Notes: generated by a model from the letters alone, not told the origin. Counted from the first letter of the stretch, positions 28,646 through 39,237 are shown. The stretch is DNA of 54,845 nucleotides from Eubacteriales bacterium (GCA_045658225.1 JAZOUO010000103.1:1-54845), one strand, 5' to 3'. Numbers and translations are program-made.

Positions 28646-29782
28646 TTACACGGTGACGCTCTTACCAATAAAGAACGGCATTGTTTCGTGTCCCGAAAGA
28701 ACACGTCCATTCTTGACCATTACGTTCTTATCAGCTACGACACAGTTAAGAGTAGCACCCTCGCAAATATAGGCATCCTGGAAAAGTATAGAGTTCTTTA
28801 CTACCGCACCCTTGCAGACGTGAACTCCTCTAAATATAATAGAGTTTTCAACAGTGCCCTCTATAACACAACCGTCAGCAATAACCGAATTTTTTACCTT
28901 TGCGCCGTTGCAATAGCGAGTGGGAGCAGAGTTTCGCACCTTTGTAAGTATGGGATAATTCTTGTCTCCAAAAAGACCTTCTCTAACACTCTGCTCAAGG
29001 AGCTGCATAGAGCAAGAGAAGTAGGTTTCCATAGAGTTGATATTCAAATGGAATCCATCATACTCGTATATTCTGTAATTTGCCTTATCTACCTCACGCG
29101 CAAGTATATCGTGCAAAAATCTATGGTATCCGTGCGCCATAGAATTCCTCATGATGCTAACAAGGTACGAGCGCTTGATTATCATTATATTGGTGTAAAC
29201 GCGAGTCACTCCGTCAAAGCGCTTTCTCTCTGAAAAATCAGTGACTCTTCCACTCTCATCTGCATCAATAACAACTATCTGCTCCGCAGACACTACACCT
29301 GTAAGATCTTGTGTCTTTGTGATAAACGTGATATCAGCGCCACTCTTGTCGTGCTCTGTTATAACCTTTGTGAGATCTATGTTGCAGATAACGTCACAGT
29401 CTGCCAATACAAGATGATCTTCCTTGCATCTGTTGATAAAGTTAGCCGCGCCCATTATAGCCTCGAGTCTTGAAGATGAGAAACCGGATGCATTATTATC
29501 AAACGAGGTTATGTGAGGGGGAATGATCTTTATACCGCCTGAACGTCTTGCAAGATCCCAGTCTTTGCCCGTTCCCAGATGGTCCAGAAGTGACTCGTAG
29601 TTATTGTTGGCAATAACACCAACCTTGGTAATTCCCGAATTTACCATATTTGAGAGCATAAAGTCGATAAGTCTGTATCTGGCTCCGAAGGGTACGCTTG
29701 CCATAGTTCTTGTTCTTGTAAGCTCGGGTATAGTATTATCGTGTATATTCGCAAATATAAGTCCTGCTACTGTCATATCCAT
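28646..29782 (-). CDS. glgD: ADP-glucose pyrophosphorylase regulatory subunit
   Basis: ASVPFGARYRLIDFMLSNMVNSGI and HLGTGKDWDLAR; lacks the LAGGQG catalytic motif, as expected; follows glgC. Confidence 0.92.
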   Translation of the reverse strand: MDMTVAGLIFANIHDNTIPELTRTRTMASVPFGARYRLIDFMLSNMVNSGITKVGVIANNNYESLLDHLGTGKDWDLARRSGGIKIIPPHITSFDNNASGFSSSRLEAIMGAANFINRCKEDHLVLADCDVICNIDLTKVITEHDKSGADITFITKTQDLTGVVSAEQIVVIDADESGRVTDFSERKRFDGVTRVYTNIMIIKRSYLVSIMRNSMAHGYHRFLHDILAREVDKANYRIYEYDGFHLNINSMETYFSCSMQLLEQSVREGLFGDKNYPILTKVRNSAPTRYCNGAKVKNSVIADGCVIEGTVENSIIFRGVHVCKGAVVKNSILFQDAYICEGATLNCVVADKNVMVKNGRVLSGHETMPFFIGKSVTV

Positions 29783-29791
29783 TCCCTCCTA

Positions 29792-30979
29792 TCAGTTTGA
29801 TTCACTTATCATAGCGCCGTCTTCAATAACCGCGCCGTTTTGTATCTCTACGTCCTCGCCGATGACAGTCACGCCCTTGGCACTCGCGCGAGGTGCGCCA
29901 ACCTTTGCGTTCTCACCAATAGAAACGCCCGAGTCGATTATGGAATATCTTACGTCTGCTCCGCTATGGATAGTCAAATCACCCATAAGAACACAGTCCT
30001 CAACGTATGCGCCTGCCTCTATCTTTACGTTTGCTCCGATAACGCAATTCTTAACCTTGCCGTATATCTCGCAGCCTTCGGTCATATAGCAGTTCTCTAT
30101 CTCAGCGTCGCTGCCCACGAACTGAGGTCCACGCGCGGAATGTCTGGAATAAATCTTCCAGTCATCACCGCCGATGTTGAGCACGGGGTTGCTTCCAAGC
30201 AGGTCCATATTAGCTTCCCAAAGAGAAGAAATAGTTCCTACGTCCTTCCAATATCCCTCAAAGCTGTAAGCGAACATTCTCTGTCCGTCTGCGAGCATGT
30301 TAGGGATTATGTTCTTTCCAAAATCGTTGGAGGAATTCTCGTCCGCCTCGTCAGCAACGAGATACTGCTCAAGCTTGTCGCGTCTGAATATGTAAATACC
30401 CATAGACGCCTTGGTGCTGTCTGGATTCTTAGGCTTTTCGCTAAACTTGTATATTGTTCCGTCCTCATACGTGCTCATAATACCGAAACGGCTTGCCTCC
30501 TCGATCGGCACGTCTATAACGGCGATAGTACAGTCCGCATTCTTTTCCTTGTGATATGCGAGCATTTTCGCATAGTCCATTTTGTATATATGGTCACCCG
30601 AAAGGATAACGACATGGTCTGTTTCATATCTGTTTATAAACTGGAGATTCTGATAGATAGCGTTTGCGGTGCCCTTGTACCAGTCCGCAGACTTCTGACC
30701 CTGATAAGGAGGAAGCACGGTCACTCCGCCCCATACTCTGTCAAGGTCCCAGGGCTGACCGTTCCCAATATATTCGTTAAGTACGAGAGGTTGATACTGC
30801 GTAAGAACTCCGACGGTATCAATACCCGAGTTTATGCAGTTTGAAAGCGGAAAGTCAATGATACGGTATTTTCCACCGAACTGTACCGCAGGCTTTGCGG
30901 TCTTTGTAGTAAGCGCGTAAAGTCTTGAACCCTGTCCGCCTGCCAAGAGCATAGCGACACATTCTTTTTTCTTGAACAT
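29792..30979 (-). CDS. glgC: Glucose-1-phosphate adenylyltransferase
   Basis: [42 protein letters not shown] and YWKDVGT. Confidence 0.96.
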   Translation of the reverse strand: MFKKKECVAMLLAGGQGSRLYALTTKTAKPAVQFGGKYRIIDFPLSNCINSGIDTVGVLTQYQPLVLNEYIGNGQPWDLDRVWGGVTVLPPYQGQKSADWYKGTANAIYQNLQFINRYETDHVVILSGDHIYKMDYAKMLAYHKEKNADCTIAVIDVPIEEASRFGIMSTYEDGTIYKFSEKPKNPDSTKASMGIYIFRRDKLEQYLVADEADENSSNDFGKNIIPNMLADGQRMFAYSFEGYWKDVGTISSLWEANMDLLGSNPVLNIGGDDWKIYSRHSARGPQFVGSDAEIENCYMTEGCEIYGKVKNCVIGANVKIEAGAYVEDCVLMGDLTIHSGADVRYSIIDSGVSIGENAKVGAPRASAKGVTVIGEDVEIQNGAVIEDGAMISESN

Positions 30980-31046
30980 AGACTTGTCTCCTTAAATTTT
31001 AATATGTTTATGGTCTTGCGTTATATATATGTTTTGGGTCTCAAAT

Positions 31047-32981
31047 TTATTTTGCTTTTTTGACACGGCGCGTCTTGCGAGCAGGGTTTTGAGGAATCTC
31101 CTTTTCCTTGTCAAAGCAAAGTATACATGCGCCAAGAGGTGGCATGCGGAAATGCAAAGTCTCTTTCTCATACTCATAAAAGCTCTCAAGCTCGACCCCC
31201 GTGTTGGTCACTCCGCTTCCGCCGTACTTTTCATCATCGGAATTGAACAGCTCTTTGTAAATTCCTGCGCGTTCAACCTTGATTGTGAAGTTCTCGTAGG
31301 TTGCGGGGGTAAAGTTCAAAACTACTATAAGCTCTCGCCCTCCCTCGCCTATTCTGCGGAAGGATAAGATGCTCCTTGGAGAGTCATCGGCATCTATCCA
31401 TTGGAAGCCCTTCCATGAGTCGTCTATCTGCCACAGTTCGGGACGCGAAAGATAGAAGTTGTTAATCTCAGCGCAATAGAGCTGATATCTTGCGTGCATA
31501 TCGTAATCAAGCATAAACCACTCTATGCTGTCGTCATAATTCCATTCTCTGAACTGCGCTATCTCGTTGCCCATAAAGTTGAGCTTTTTGCCGGGGTGAG
31601 TCATCTGCCACGCAAGGAACACCCTCGCGCCCGCAAATTTTCTCCAATAGTCACCTGCCATTTTATCAACAAAAGATTTTTTTCCGTGCACCACCTCATC
31701 GTGAGATATGGGAAGCACGTATCTTTCGTTAAATGCATACATAAGCGGAAATGTCAGCTTGTCGTGATGATATTTTCTGTGTATGTGGTCTTCTTCTGCA
31801 TACGACAACGTATCGTTCATCCAACCCATATTCCATTTCATATCAAACCCCAGACCGTCATTCTCAAAGCCCGTGATATTTGACCAAGCGCTTGACTCCT
31901 CAGCTATTGTAAGCACGTCGGGATATTCGCTCTTTATTGATGAATTGAGTTTTTTGAAAAATGCCATTGCTTCGAGATTTCGGTTGTCTCCATATACATT
32001 AGGCACCCATTCCTCCGGCATTCTGTCGTAGTCCAAATAAAGCATTGATGCTACCGCGTCTATACGCAAGCCGTCGATGTGATATTTGTCTATCCAATAA
32101 AATGCGTTTGATACAAGGAAGGACTGTATCTCCTCACGACCAACGTCAAAGCATCTTGTTCCCCAGCCCTTATGCTCCATGCGGTCCTTGCCCTGATATT
32201 CGTAAAGAGGCTGACCGTCAAACTCGTAAAGTCCGAATGCATCCTTGGGAAAATGCGCAGGCACCCAGTCCATAATAACACCTATTCCTGCGGTGTGCAT
32301 AATGTCAATGAAATTCATAAGCTGATGAGGCGTGCCAAAACGAGATGTCGGAGCATAATAGCCACCCACCTGATAGCCCCACGAGCCGTCAAACGGATGC
32401 TCGGACACGGGCATTATCTCAACATGGGTATATCCCATCTGCTTTACGTAAGGTGCGAGATCGTCGGCAAGCTCCTTGTAGTTAAAATAGCTTCCGTCAT
32501 CATGTCTTTTCCACGAGCCAAGGTGCAACTCGTATATATTCATAGGTTGCTTGTAGAAGCCCTCGCGACTCAAGTCAAATCTGTGAGATAGCCATCCCTC
32601 ATCGTGCCATTCGTATTCTTTTTCCATGTCGTATATGACACTCGCCGCCTCGGGAGGAGATTGCATCGCCACTCCATATGGGTCAGACTTATATATCTCC
32701 CTGCCGTGATTGATAAGCTTGTACTTGTAAACGTCTCCTTGCTTTACGGTATCTGCGGGAAGCGATGCCTCCCAAATTCCACCGTCGCTAATTCTCTGCA
32801 TAGGACAGTCATTTGTCCAAGAATTAAAGCTTCCCACGACAAAAGCCGCCTCTGCATTCGGCGCCCAAACTCTGAAGAAAACCCTATCTTCTTCTGTGTG
32901 AGCACCCATATATTTGTAAGCTCGGCGTGACGTTCCCTGATGAAACAGATATTTATCCTGGGAATAGTTTTTATCTGCCAT
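31047..32981 (-). CDS. glgB: 1,4-alpha-glucan branching enzyme
   Basis: FRVWAPNA, YELHLGSW, SWGYQ, DWVPAHF, GLRIDAVASMLY, IAEES and ISHDEVVHGK; ATG at 32981 with GGAGG RBS. Confidence 0.96.
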   Translation of the reverse strand: MADKNYSQDKYLFHQGTSRRAYKYMGAHTEEDRVFFRVWAPNAEAAFVVGSFNSWTNDCPMQRISDGGIWEASLPADTVKQGDVYKYKLINHGREIYKSDPYGVAMQSPPEAASVIYDMEKEYEWHDEGWLSHRFDLSREGFYKQPMNIYELHLGSWKRHDDGSYFNYKELADDLAPYVKQMGYTHVEIMPVSEHPFDGSWGYQVGGYYAPTSRFGTPHQLMNFIDIMHTAGIGVIMDWVPAHFPKDAFGLYEFDGQPLYEYQGKDRMEHKGWGTRCFDVGREEIQSFLVSNAFYWIDKYHIDGLRIDAVASMLYLDYDRMPEEWVPNVYGDNRNLEAMAFFKKLNSSIKSEYPDVLTIAEESSAWSNITGFENDGLGFDMKWNMGWMNDTLSYAEEDHIHRKYHHDKLTFPLMYAFNERYVLPISHDEVVHGKKSFVDKMAGDYWRKFAGARVFLAWQMTHPGKKLNFMGNEIAQFREWNYDDSIEWFMLDYDMHARYQLYCAEINNFYLSRPELWQIDDSWKGFQWIDADDSPRSILSFRRIGEGGRELIVVLNFTPATYENFTIKVERAGIYKELFNSDDEKYGGSGVTNTGVELESFYEYEKETLHFRMPPLGACILCFDKEKEIPQNPARKTRRVKKAK

Positions 32982-33038
32982 AGGCCCTCCGAAACAAGTT
33001 AGATTTTTTACCACTTTTTACAAATTTACTCATCTTAA

Positions 33039-33067
33039 ATTATATCACAATAAACTTTCATTGTCAA
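33039..33067 (-). promoter_or_regulatory. SigA promoter of the glg operon
   Basis: TTGACA-17 bp-TATAAT with extended TG. Confidence 0.8.
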
Positions 33068-33132
33068 CGACCAAATGTCGGTTTTTTGCGACAGATAATC
33101 CAATATATCTATTTTTTTCAAAAACTCCGGAC

Positions 33133-33160
33133 TTGACACTTTCTATTTTTATGGTATAAT
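33133..33160 (+). promoter_or_regulatory. SigA promoter of the ABC/Gld-like operon
   Basis: TTGACA-16 bp-TATAAT with extended TG. Confidence 0.7.
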
Positions 33161-33193
33161 TGTAATTGGAGTAAAATAAAACACTTGGAGGCT

Positions 33194-33865
33194 ATGATCT
33201 TGATAAACATAACTAATCTAAGTCAAAAAAATAATGGGCATATTCTTTTAGACAATATAAATCTGACCGTACCCTCAAAAACTGTTTTCGGTATTTTTTG
33301 TCAGGCAAAAGCGGAAAGATCGGCTCTTATGGAAGCTCTTTCTGGAGCTTCTGCTATTACAGATGGCGAAATTTCAATTTGCGGACATAATATAACCTCG
33401 GAAAGACTTAACGCGCAGAGTCTTATCGGTTATATGCCCGAGGGTATGTCCTTTTATAAGAATATGACCGTTGTTGAATTTTTATCATTCATAACGGATG
33501 CAAAGGGTCTTGATTTTGAGCAGGCTCAAACTAACATAAAAAACGCCCTCACCGCAACAGGTCTTCTTGCGGTCAAGGATGCGATAATATCAAAACTAAG
33601 GCCCGCGGGCAAGGCTAGACTCGGCATAGCGCAAGCCATAGTCTCAGATCCCTCTGTTCTTCTCTTTAACAATCCCACGCGTGATTTGAACAAAAACGAG
33701 GTTCAGGAAATATTTAAGCTCATAAATACTCTCTCAAGATCAAAGTCTGCAATCATAACATCTGACGATCCTCAAATGTTTTCCTTCTGCGATAGCGTAG
33801 CAGTCATCACTGACGGAAAGCTTGATACAGATATTAAAGATTTTCTTGGAAAGGGGGCAAAATAA
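33194..33865 (+). CDS. ABC-2/GldA-like ATP-binding protein with degenerate motifs
   Basis: ABC NBD layout (LDNINLTV, IGYMPE, LGIAQAIVSDP), but Walker A reads CQAKAERS, signature LRPAG, Walker B LLFNNPT and H-loop TSDD. Confidence 0.8.
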   Translation: MILINITNLSQKNNGHILLDNINLTVPSKTVFGIFCQAKAERSALMEALSGASAITDGEISICGHNITSERLNAQSLIGYMPEGMSFYKNMTVVEFLSFITDAKGLDFEQAQTNIKNALTATGLLAVKDAIISKLRPAGKARLGIAQAIVSDPSVLLFNNPTRDLNKNEVQEIFKLINTLSRSKSAIITSDDPQMFSFCDSVAVITDGKLDTDIKDFLGKGAK

Positions 33866-36228
33866 TGTTCGCAATTTTTAAGCGTGAGCTTAAAGCTCAT
33901 TTGGCAAATGTATTCGGCTGGCTTTTTATTGCCGTATGGATTGGATTGATAGGACTTTCGGTGATCCTGACAAATCTTGTGAGCGCTGTCCCTCAAATAG
34001 AATACGGCATTAAAACTCTGCTTATTGCGATGGTCTTGGCTGTTCCCTTTTTATGCATGCCAGTTTTTGCATCCGAAAACAAAAGCGGAAATATAAAATT
34101 TCTTCTTTCGCTTCCGATAAAGACACACAATATTGTTCTCGGTAAATATTTTGCGGCTCTGACAATATTCGCAATTCCCACGTTGGTTCTTGCCATAATG
34201 CCATTGCTTCTTTCATTGTACGGCACGGTTCTCTTTGCTCCGTCGTATGCGTCAATACTCGCGTATTTCCTTATCGGAGCATGTATGATAGCAATATGTA
34301 TGTTCATAGGCGTACATTCCCGCAGATGTGTTGTCACACTTGCCGTCGGTGTACTTGCTTCGGCAGTCCTCTATGCAGGTCCCGTGCTTTCGGCATACGT
34401 TCCTACATCTCCCATAGCATCACTTATAGCGATAATCGCCTTGGAGCTTGTAATTTGCCTTATTGTTTGGCTGTTATCCAGAAAACTGACAGTTGGTGGG
34501 GGAGCTTTTGGCATATTTGTCATTCCCACCTCGATTTCGTATCTCGTATCACCAAATGGCTTTTCTTCTCTTTTTCAAAAAATATTCTCGTTCATTTCTC
34601 CTTTTGGAAGAATGTCGAATTTCGCTCTTGGAATATTTGATCTGAAGGATGTTATATATCTGCTATCCGTTGCCGCGCTGTTTGTTTTCCTTACATACAG
34701 GGCGATCGAAAAAACAAGAAGCACATCTAAGAACGCAAATATGAAATCAATAGCTGTCACAGCAGTATCGTTTGTACTTGTCATCGCAATAAATCTTGGA
34801 ATTTTCGCTATCCCTTCTGCATTTATTTCATTTGATGCTTCGGGACTTAACATATATTCGCTCTCGGAGACATCAAAGAACTTCGCTGCAGAAGCAGACG
34901 AGGACGTGACTATATATTTCCTATGTGAGCAAGGCATTCCCGACGCCCAAATAGAGCAAATTATTCTGGAATACGAGGCTACAAGCTCGCATATAGATTA
35001 TAAACTGATAAATGTCACCTCAACCCCCGATTTTGTCGCTAAATACATAGGCGTGTCTTATTATCACGTAAACAGTGACGGAATAAGACCTTTGAGCAAT
35101 CACAGCGTCATAATAGAGAGCGCGAAAAGGTACACTGTTATAAATTCCTCTAATTACTACAGCTACAAGATTGGATCATACCGTTATACTGAGGATGAAT
35201 TCCTTGCTCTATGTCAGCAGGCGATATCAGAGGGATACGACATATCTCAAATAGGATATGAAACCTTCTTGGATGTCGACAGAGTTCTCCTGTCTGGTAT
35301 TGAGTATGTCCTGTTGGATAATGTCAACACAGTATTTACCCTTAAAGGACATGGCGAGCAAGCTATTTCCGAGTCGTTTTACAGTAATATAGAGCATTCT
35401 AAAAATGGAAGCTTTGACGAACTGATCCTTGATAAATTCGACTCTGTTCCCGATTATTGCTCGGCGCTTGTCATATCCTCTCCCACGACTGACATTTCAA
35501 CAGATGACGCCAACAAAATAATAGAATACATTGATTGCGGAGGCGAGATTATTCTGATAACTTCTCCGGAAAACACGCAAATGCCAAATCTTCTGCGCGT
35601 GGCAGAGGCATTTGGACTTACTGCCGAAGACGGAGTTATCAAAGACAATGACAAAAATCATCACATGAACGACAATCCCGCATACCTTGTCCTTGATTCG
35701 AATGACGATCATTCTGTCTCATATTTTGTACGTACAAACTATTCCTCACAAAACAGTGACGTATATGCAAGATTTCCTAATGCTCACCCCATAGTCAAGA
35801 CAGAATTGTCAGATAGTAGTATTGAAATAAAGGAACTGTTTACAACTTCTGAAAAAGCAACCGTTTCGGGTAATGATGAGGCTAAAAAATTCGTCACCGC
35901 ATACAGTGCCCAAAAGACAATAGATATTGAAACCGAAAACACGGCAAACCTTTTCTGGTTTTCATCATACGAGGCATTTTCCCAAAAGACCGAAGATGCT
36001 CACCCGATAAATATTGTGTATCTGCTTGTCTCGCTTTCATACGTTGGAGGAGTACAGGATTTTGAAACATCGCTGGACGTACAGTCAAGAAATATTTCGG
36101 GGGCGTTTTTAAAGGTTCCTAAAAGCATACCTATTGTATGGGGAATAACCTTTGCACTTATTGCTCTCATAATTCTATGCTCGGGCGTCGCATTGTACGT
36201 AAGCAGAAGGACACGCAAAAAGTTCTGA
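33865..36228 (+). CDS. Fused ABC-2 permease (GldF-like) + GldG-like extracytoplasmic domain
   Basis: N-half MFAIFKRELK...ENKSGNIKFLLSLP...IVLGKYFA; C-half FDASGLNIYSLSETS...TLKGHGE...LVISSPTTDIS...GG, ending in a TM helix and basic tail. Confidence 0.8.
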   Translation: MFAIFKRELKAHLANVFGWLFIAVWIGLIGLSVILTNLVSAVPQIEYGIKTLLIAMVLAVPFLCMPVFASENKSGNIKFLLSLPIKTHNIVLGKYFAALTIFAIPTLVLAIMPLLLSLYGTVLFAPSYASILAYFLIGACMIAICMFIGVHSRRCVVTLAVGVLASAVLYAGPVLSAYVPTSPIASLIAIIALELVICLIVWLLSRKLTVGGGAFGIFVIPTSISYLVSPNGFSSLFQKIFSFISPFGRMSNFALGIFDLKDVIYLLSVAALFVFLTYRAIEKTRSTSKNANMKSIAVTAVSFVLVIAINLGIFAIPSAFISFDASGLNIYSLSETSKNFAAEADEDVTIYFLCEQGIPDAQIEQIILEYEATSSHIDYKLINVTSTPDFVAKYIGVSYYHVNSDGIRPLSNHSVIIESAKRYTVINSSNYYSYKIGSYRYTEDEFLALCQQAISEGYDISQIGYETFLDVDRVLLSGIEYVLLDNVNTVFTLKGHGEQAISESFYSNIEHSKNGSFDELILDKFDSVPDYCSALVISSPTTDISTDDANKIIEYIDCGGEIILITSPENTQMPNLLRVAEAFGLTAEDGVIKDNDKNHHMNDNPAYLVLDSNDDHSVSYFVRTNYSSQNSDVYARFPNAHPIVKTELSDSSIEIKELFTTSEKATVSGNDEAKKFVTAYSAQKTIDIETENTANLFWFSSYEAFSQKTEDAHPINIVYLLVSLSYVGGVQDFETSLDVQSRNISGAFLKVPKSIPIVWGITFALIALIILCSGVALYVSRRTRKKF

Positions 36229-36294
36229 TTCTATAAACTAGTTTTCCCTTTGGTTTAACAATTTATAAAATAGCTTTACTGAAAGGACATATTG

Positions 36295-36693
36295 ATGAAT
36301 ATTGCATTTTTTCTCACCCCTAAAAACAACGTTGCTTTTCTTACTATGGGAGACAGTATGCGTCAGGGGCTTGAGAAGCTCCGAAGCCACGGATATACTG
36401 CCTTGCCCGTCATAAAGGAAACGGGAGAATATGCGGGTTATGTCAGCGAGGGAGATTTTTTGAGAAGCATATTTAACATAGGAACAATAGATATAGCTGA
36501 CCTTGAAGATATCTCTATTGACGATGCTGTTCACAAGGAGGACTTCACGGTCCGTATAACCGCGTCAATGGAAAACCTGCTCTCAACCATTCTCGATCAT
36601 AATTTCGTTCCTGTGGTCGATGACAGAGGAATGTTTATGGGCATCGTCACAAGACGTGCAATACTTAAATATTTTTCAGAAAAACAGCTTTAG
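36295..36693 (+). CDS. Tandem CBS-domain protein (YkuL/DarB-like)
   Basis: MNIAFFLTPK, GYTALPVI, SEGDFL and NFVPVVDDRGMFMGIVTRR. Confidence 0.8.
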   Translation: MNIAFFLTPKNNVAFLTMGDSMRQGLEKLRSHGYTALPVIKETGEYAGYVSEGDFLRSIFNIGTIDIADLEDISIDDAVHKEDFTVRITASMENLLSTILDHNFVPVVDDRGMFMGIVTRRAILKYFSEKQL

Positions 36694-36699
36694 TTCAAC

Positions 36700-36732
36700 C
36701 CACGCCGCCATTTTTGCGGCGGGGGCTTTTTT
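36700..36732 (+). terminator. Terminator after the CBS gene
   Basis: GC-rich hairpin CGCCGC...GCGGCG followed by a T-tract. Confidence 0.55.
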
Positions 36733-36778
36733 ATCGGATTTTACGTTTGTATATACAAAAAATACCGAGATAAATTTC

Positions 36779-36807
36779 TTGACAATACAGATTGTTTTTG
36801 TTATAAT
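36779..36807 (+). promoter_or_regulatory. SigA promoter for holB-ricT
   Basis: TTGACA-17 bp-TATAAT with extended TG. Confidence 0.8.
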
Positions 36808-36843
36808 ATAGTTTGTATAATTGTTTGTTGAAGGGAGAAAGTC

Positions 36844-37875
36844 ATGAATAATATGTTTGTGTCAATAGTCGGCAATAGGACTTTGTGTTCAAGACTTGCT
36901 CGTGCTGTAGATGACAGCTCCCTCTCCCACGCATACATTATTGAAGGCGGTGCGGGAAGCGGCAGACACACCATCGCGCTTCAGACAATAGCTGCCATGT
37001 CCTGCGCTCAAAAAAGTAGTACGGGAGCAACTCTGCCTTGCGAAAAATGTATATCTTGCAGAAAGATACTTGAAGGTCGCTCGCCCGACATTATACGAAT
37101 AGGTCCCGAGGGTGACAAGGTAAGTATCGGAGTTGAGTCTATAAGATTCCTCAAGAGCGATATATATCTGCCGCCGACTGATCTGCCAATCAAGGCTTAT
37201 ATTATTGACGGCGCAGACGCCATGACACATCAGGCACAGAACGCGTTTTTGCTTTCTCTTGAAGAACCGCCCGAATACGTGCTTTTCTTCTTAATTTGCG
37301 AAAACTCCTCTGCTCTGCTTGAAACAGTCAAAAGCCGCGCTCCCATTCTCCGCACAGAAAAAATATCCCGCGAAGAAATTGAGGAATATGTGCTAACCCA
37401 CGAACGCAAAGCAGTAGAGCTCAAGGCGCAATCTCCTGAGGAGTTTGCCGAGATAATCTGCGCCGCGGACGGAAGCATAGGCTACGCGCTATCCCTTCTT
37501 GATACAAAAAAGCGCAAGCAAATACTTGAAAACCGCAGAATAGCAAAGGATTTTATAAGTCTTGCATCAGGAAAGCTCAATCAGGATAAGCTTGAGCTTG
37601 TGTCCTCGCTTGGTTCAAAGCGTCACGAAATATGCGACAGACTTTATTACATCCAGAACGCACTACGCGATCTGATCTTGCTCAAAAAGAGTGACGATGC
37701 GCCTCTCTGCTTTTACGCGGATCGAGATGAGGCTTGCGAGCTTTCAACACATTTCACGTCCAAAAAACTTCTTATGTTGTTTGGAGCGACCGAGCAGGCT
37801 ATCGACGATCTCTCCAGAAATTCTAACGTAAAGCTAACAACTGCAAATATGCTGAAAAATTCAGAGCTTATTTAA
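36844..37875 (+). CDS. holB: DNA polymerase III delta-prime subunit
   Basis: SHAYIIEG, zinc-binding C...PCEKCISC, AQNAFLLSLEEPP and LLETVKSR; conserved synteny with yaaT. Confidence 0.88.
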   Translation: MNNMFVSIVGNRTLCSRLARAVDDSSLSHAYIIEGGAGSGRHTIALQTIAAMSCAQKSSTGATLPCEKCISCRKILEGRSPDIIRIGPEGDKVSIGVESIRFLKSDIYLPPTDLPIKAYIIDGADAMTHQAQNAFLLSLEEPPEYVLFFLICENSSALLETVKSRAPILRTEKISREEIEEYVLTHERKAVELKAQSPEEFAEIICAADGSIGYALSLLDTKKRKQILENRRIAKDFISLASGKLNQDKLELVSSLGSKRHEICDRLYYIQNALRDLILLKKSDDAPLCFYADRDEACELSTHFTSKKLLMLFGATEQAIDDLSRNSNVKLTTANMLKNSELI

Positions 37876-37891
37876 AAATGAAAGGATAATT

Positions 37892-38959
37892 ATGGATTCA
37901 AATAACAACAATTTTTCAAACCAGCAAAATAAAAAGCGCCACAAAAAGCCTTATTATAAAAAGCGCAAGCACAATAATAAGCCTGCAGAGGCTCAGGCAC
38001 AGAATGCCGAGCAGGTAAAGGATTTTGAGCTTGATGCGGCTATAAGCGAAGAGGACATGTTCTCTCCCGAGATGGAATGCGACACACCCGAGGTGACTGT
38101 TAGCATAAGCACCGACGATACCCCAAAAATTCACGTTGCGGGAGTAAGATTCAAGGCAAACGGAAAAATATATTTCTTTGATAGAAACGGTATTGATGTT
38201 CTTGACGGATCATACGTTATAGTTGAGACCGCGCGCGGCCCCGAGTTTGGTGAGGTAGCGTTTGGTGACAAGGCGGTTGCCGAAACATCCTTGGTGCTTC
38301 CTCTCCGCCCTGTTTTGCGTATCGCAACTAAGGAAGATAAGGCTCACAACGACGAAAACAAGCGTCGCGAGCAGGAGGCTTTCAATATCTGTCTTGAAAA
38401 GATACAGAAGCACGAGTTGGATATGAAGCTCGTTGAGGCGCAGTACACGTTTGACAATTCAAAGCTTCTCTTTTATTTCACGAGCGCGGGACGAGTTGAC
38501 TTCCGTGAGCTTGTAAAGGACCTTGCAGGTGTATTCAAGACGCGAATTGAACTTCGCCAGATAGGTATTCGTGACGAGGCGAAGATAATGGGCGGTCTTG
38601 GCGCTTGCGGCAGACCTCTTTGCTGTACAACCTTCCTCTCAGACTTCGTTCAGGTATCTATAAAAATGGCAAAGGAACAGAATCTCTCACTCAATTCGGG
38701 TAAGATTTCGGGTTGCTGCGGCAGACTCATGTGCTGCTTGCAATATGAATATTCCACCTACGAGGAGGAGACCGCAAAAACTCCTGTGCTAGAGTCTAAA
38801 GTAAAAACTCCCGACGGAGTTGGTATTGTCACCGAGGTAATGCCCTTGGCGGGCAAGATAAAGGTGCGTCTTGACGACCACCCCGATGTCGCCCCCAAGA
38901 CCTTCCATCGCGATGAGGTAAAGGTGCTTTCCCGCCCCGAGCGTAAGGAAGAAAAATAA
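37892..38959 (+). CDS. ricT: PSP1-domain protein RicT/YaaT
   Basis: GVRFKANGKIYFF, RVDFRELVKDLA, GACGRPLCC and ISGCCGRLMCCLQYE. Confidence 0.92.
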   Translation: MDSNNNNFSNQQNKKRHKKPYYKKRKHNNKPAEAQAQNAEQVKDFELDAAISEEDMFSPEMECDTPEVTVSISTDDTPKIHVAGVRFKANGKIYFFDRNGIDVLDGSYVIVETARGPEFGEVAFGDKAVAETSLVLPLRPVLRIATKEDKAHNDENKRREQEAFNICLEKIQKHELDMKLVEAQYTFDNSKLLFYFTSAGRVDFRELVKDLAGVFKTRIELRQIGIRDEAKIMGGLGACGRPLCCTTFLSDFVQVSIKMAKEQNLSLNSGKISGCCGRLMCCLQYEYSTYEEETAKTPVLESKVKTPDGVGIVTEVMPLAGKIKVRLDDHPDVAPKTFHRDEVKVLSRPERKEEK

Positions 38960-38995
38960 TTTTTATTAAAAACACAAAAAAATTTCAATTAGGTG

Positions 38996-39024
38996 TTGAA
39001 ATAATTGATTTTTTGTGATACAAT
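38996..39024 (+). promoter_or_regulatory. SigA promoter for the ferredoxin
   Basis: TTGAAA-17 bp-TACAAT with extended TG. Confidence 0.65.
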
Positions 39025-39060
39025 GTACTCGTAAAATATTTTTAAACGGAGGATGATACT

Positions 39061-39231
39061 ATGGCATACAAGATTACCGAAGATTGCATCGGTTGCGGCG
39101 CTTGCGCAGCAGACTGTCCCGTTGAGGCTATCTCTGAGGGCGACGGTATATATGTAGTTGATGCAGACAAGTGCATCGATTGCGGTAACTGTGCAGACAC
39201 CTGCCCCGTAGGTGCACCCGTTCAGGCATAA
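39061..39231 (+). CDS. fdx: Clostridial 2[4Fe-4S] ferredoxin (56 aa; absent from the ORF track)
   Basis: [56 protein letters not shown]: two CxxCxxCxxxCP motifs; GGAGG RBS; own promoter and terminator. Confidence 0.95.
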   Translation: MAYKITEDCIGCGACAADCPVEAISEGDGIYVVDADKCIDCGNCADTCPVGAPVQA

Positions 39232-39237
39232 TTACTT

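Noticed and set aside
6488-30844. Long antisense ORFs (6488-7321, 20304-21242, 25664-26710, 28052-29233, 29840-30844)
   Set aside because: Each lies opposite well-supported genes (AlkD-like, eno, glgP, glgA/glgD, glgC) and has no recognisable motifs; they are shadow frames.
36844-37875. Degenerate Walker A in holB (and the missing catalytic motif in glgD) as pseudo-enzyme novelties
   Set aside because: Both are the normal, established state of delta-prime and GlgD.
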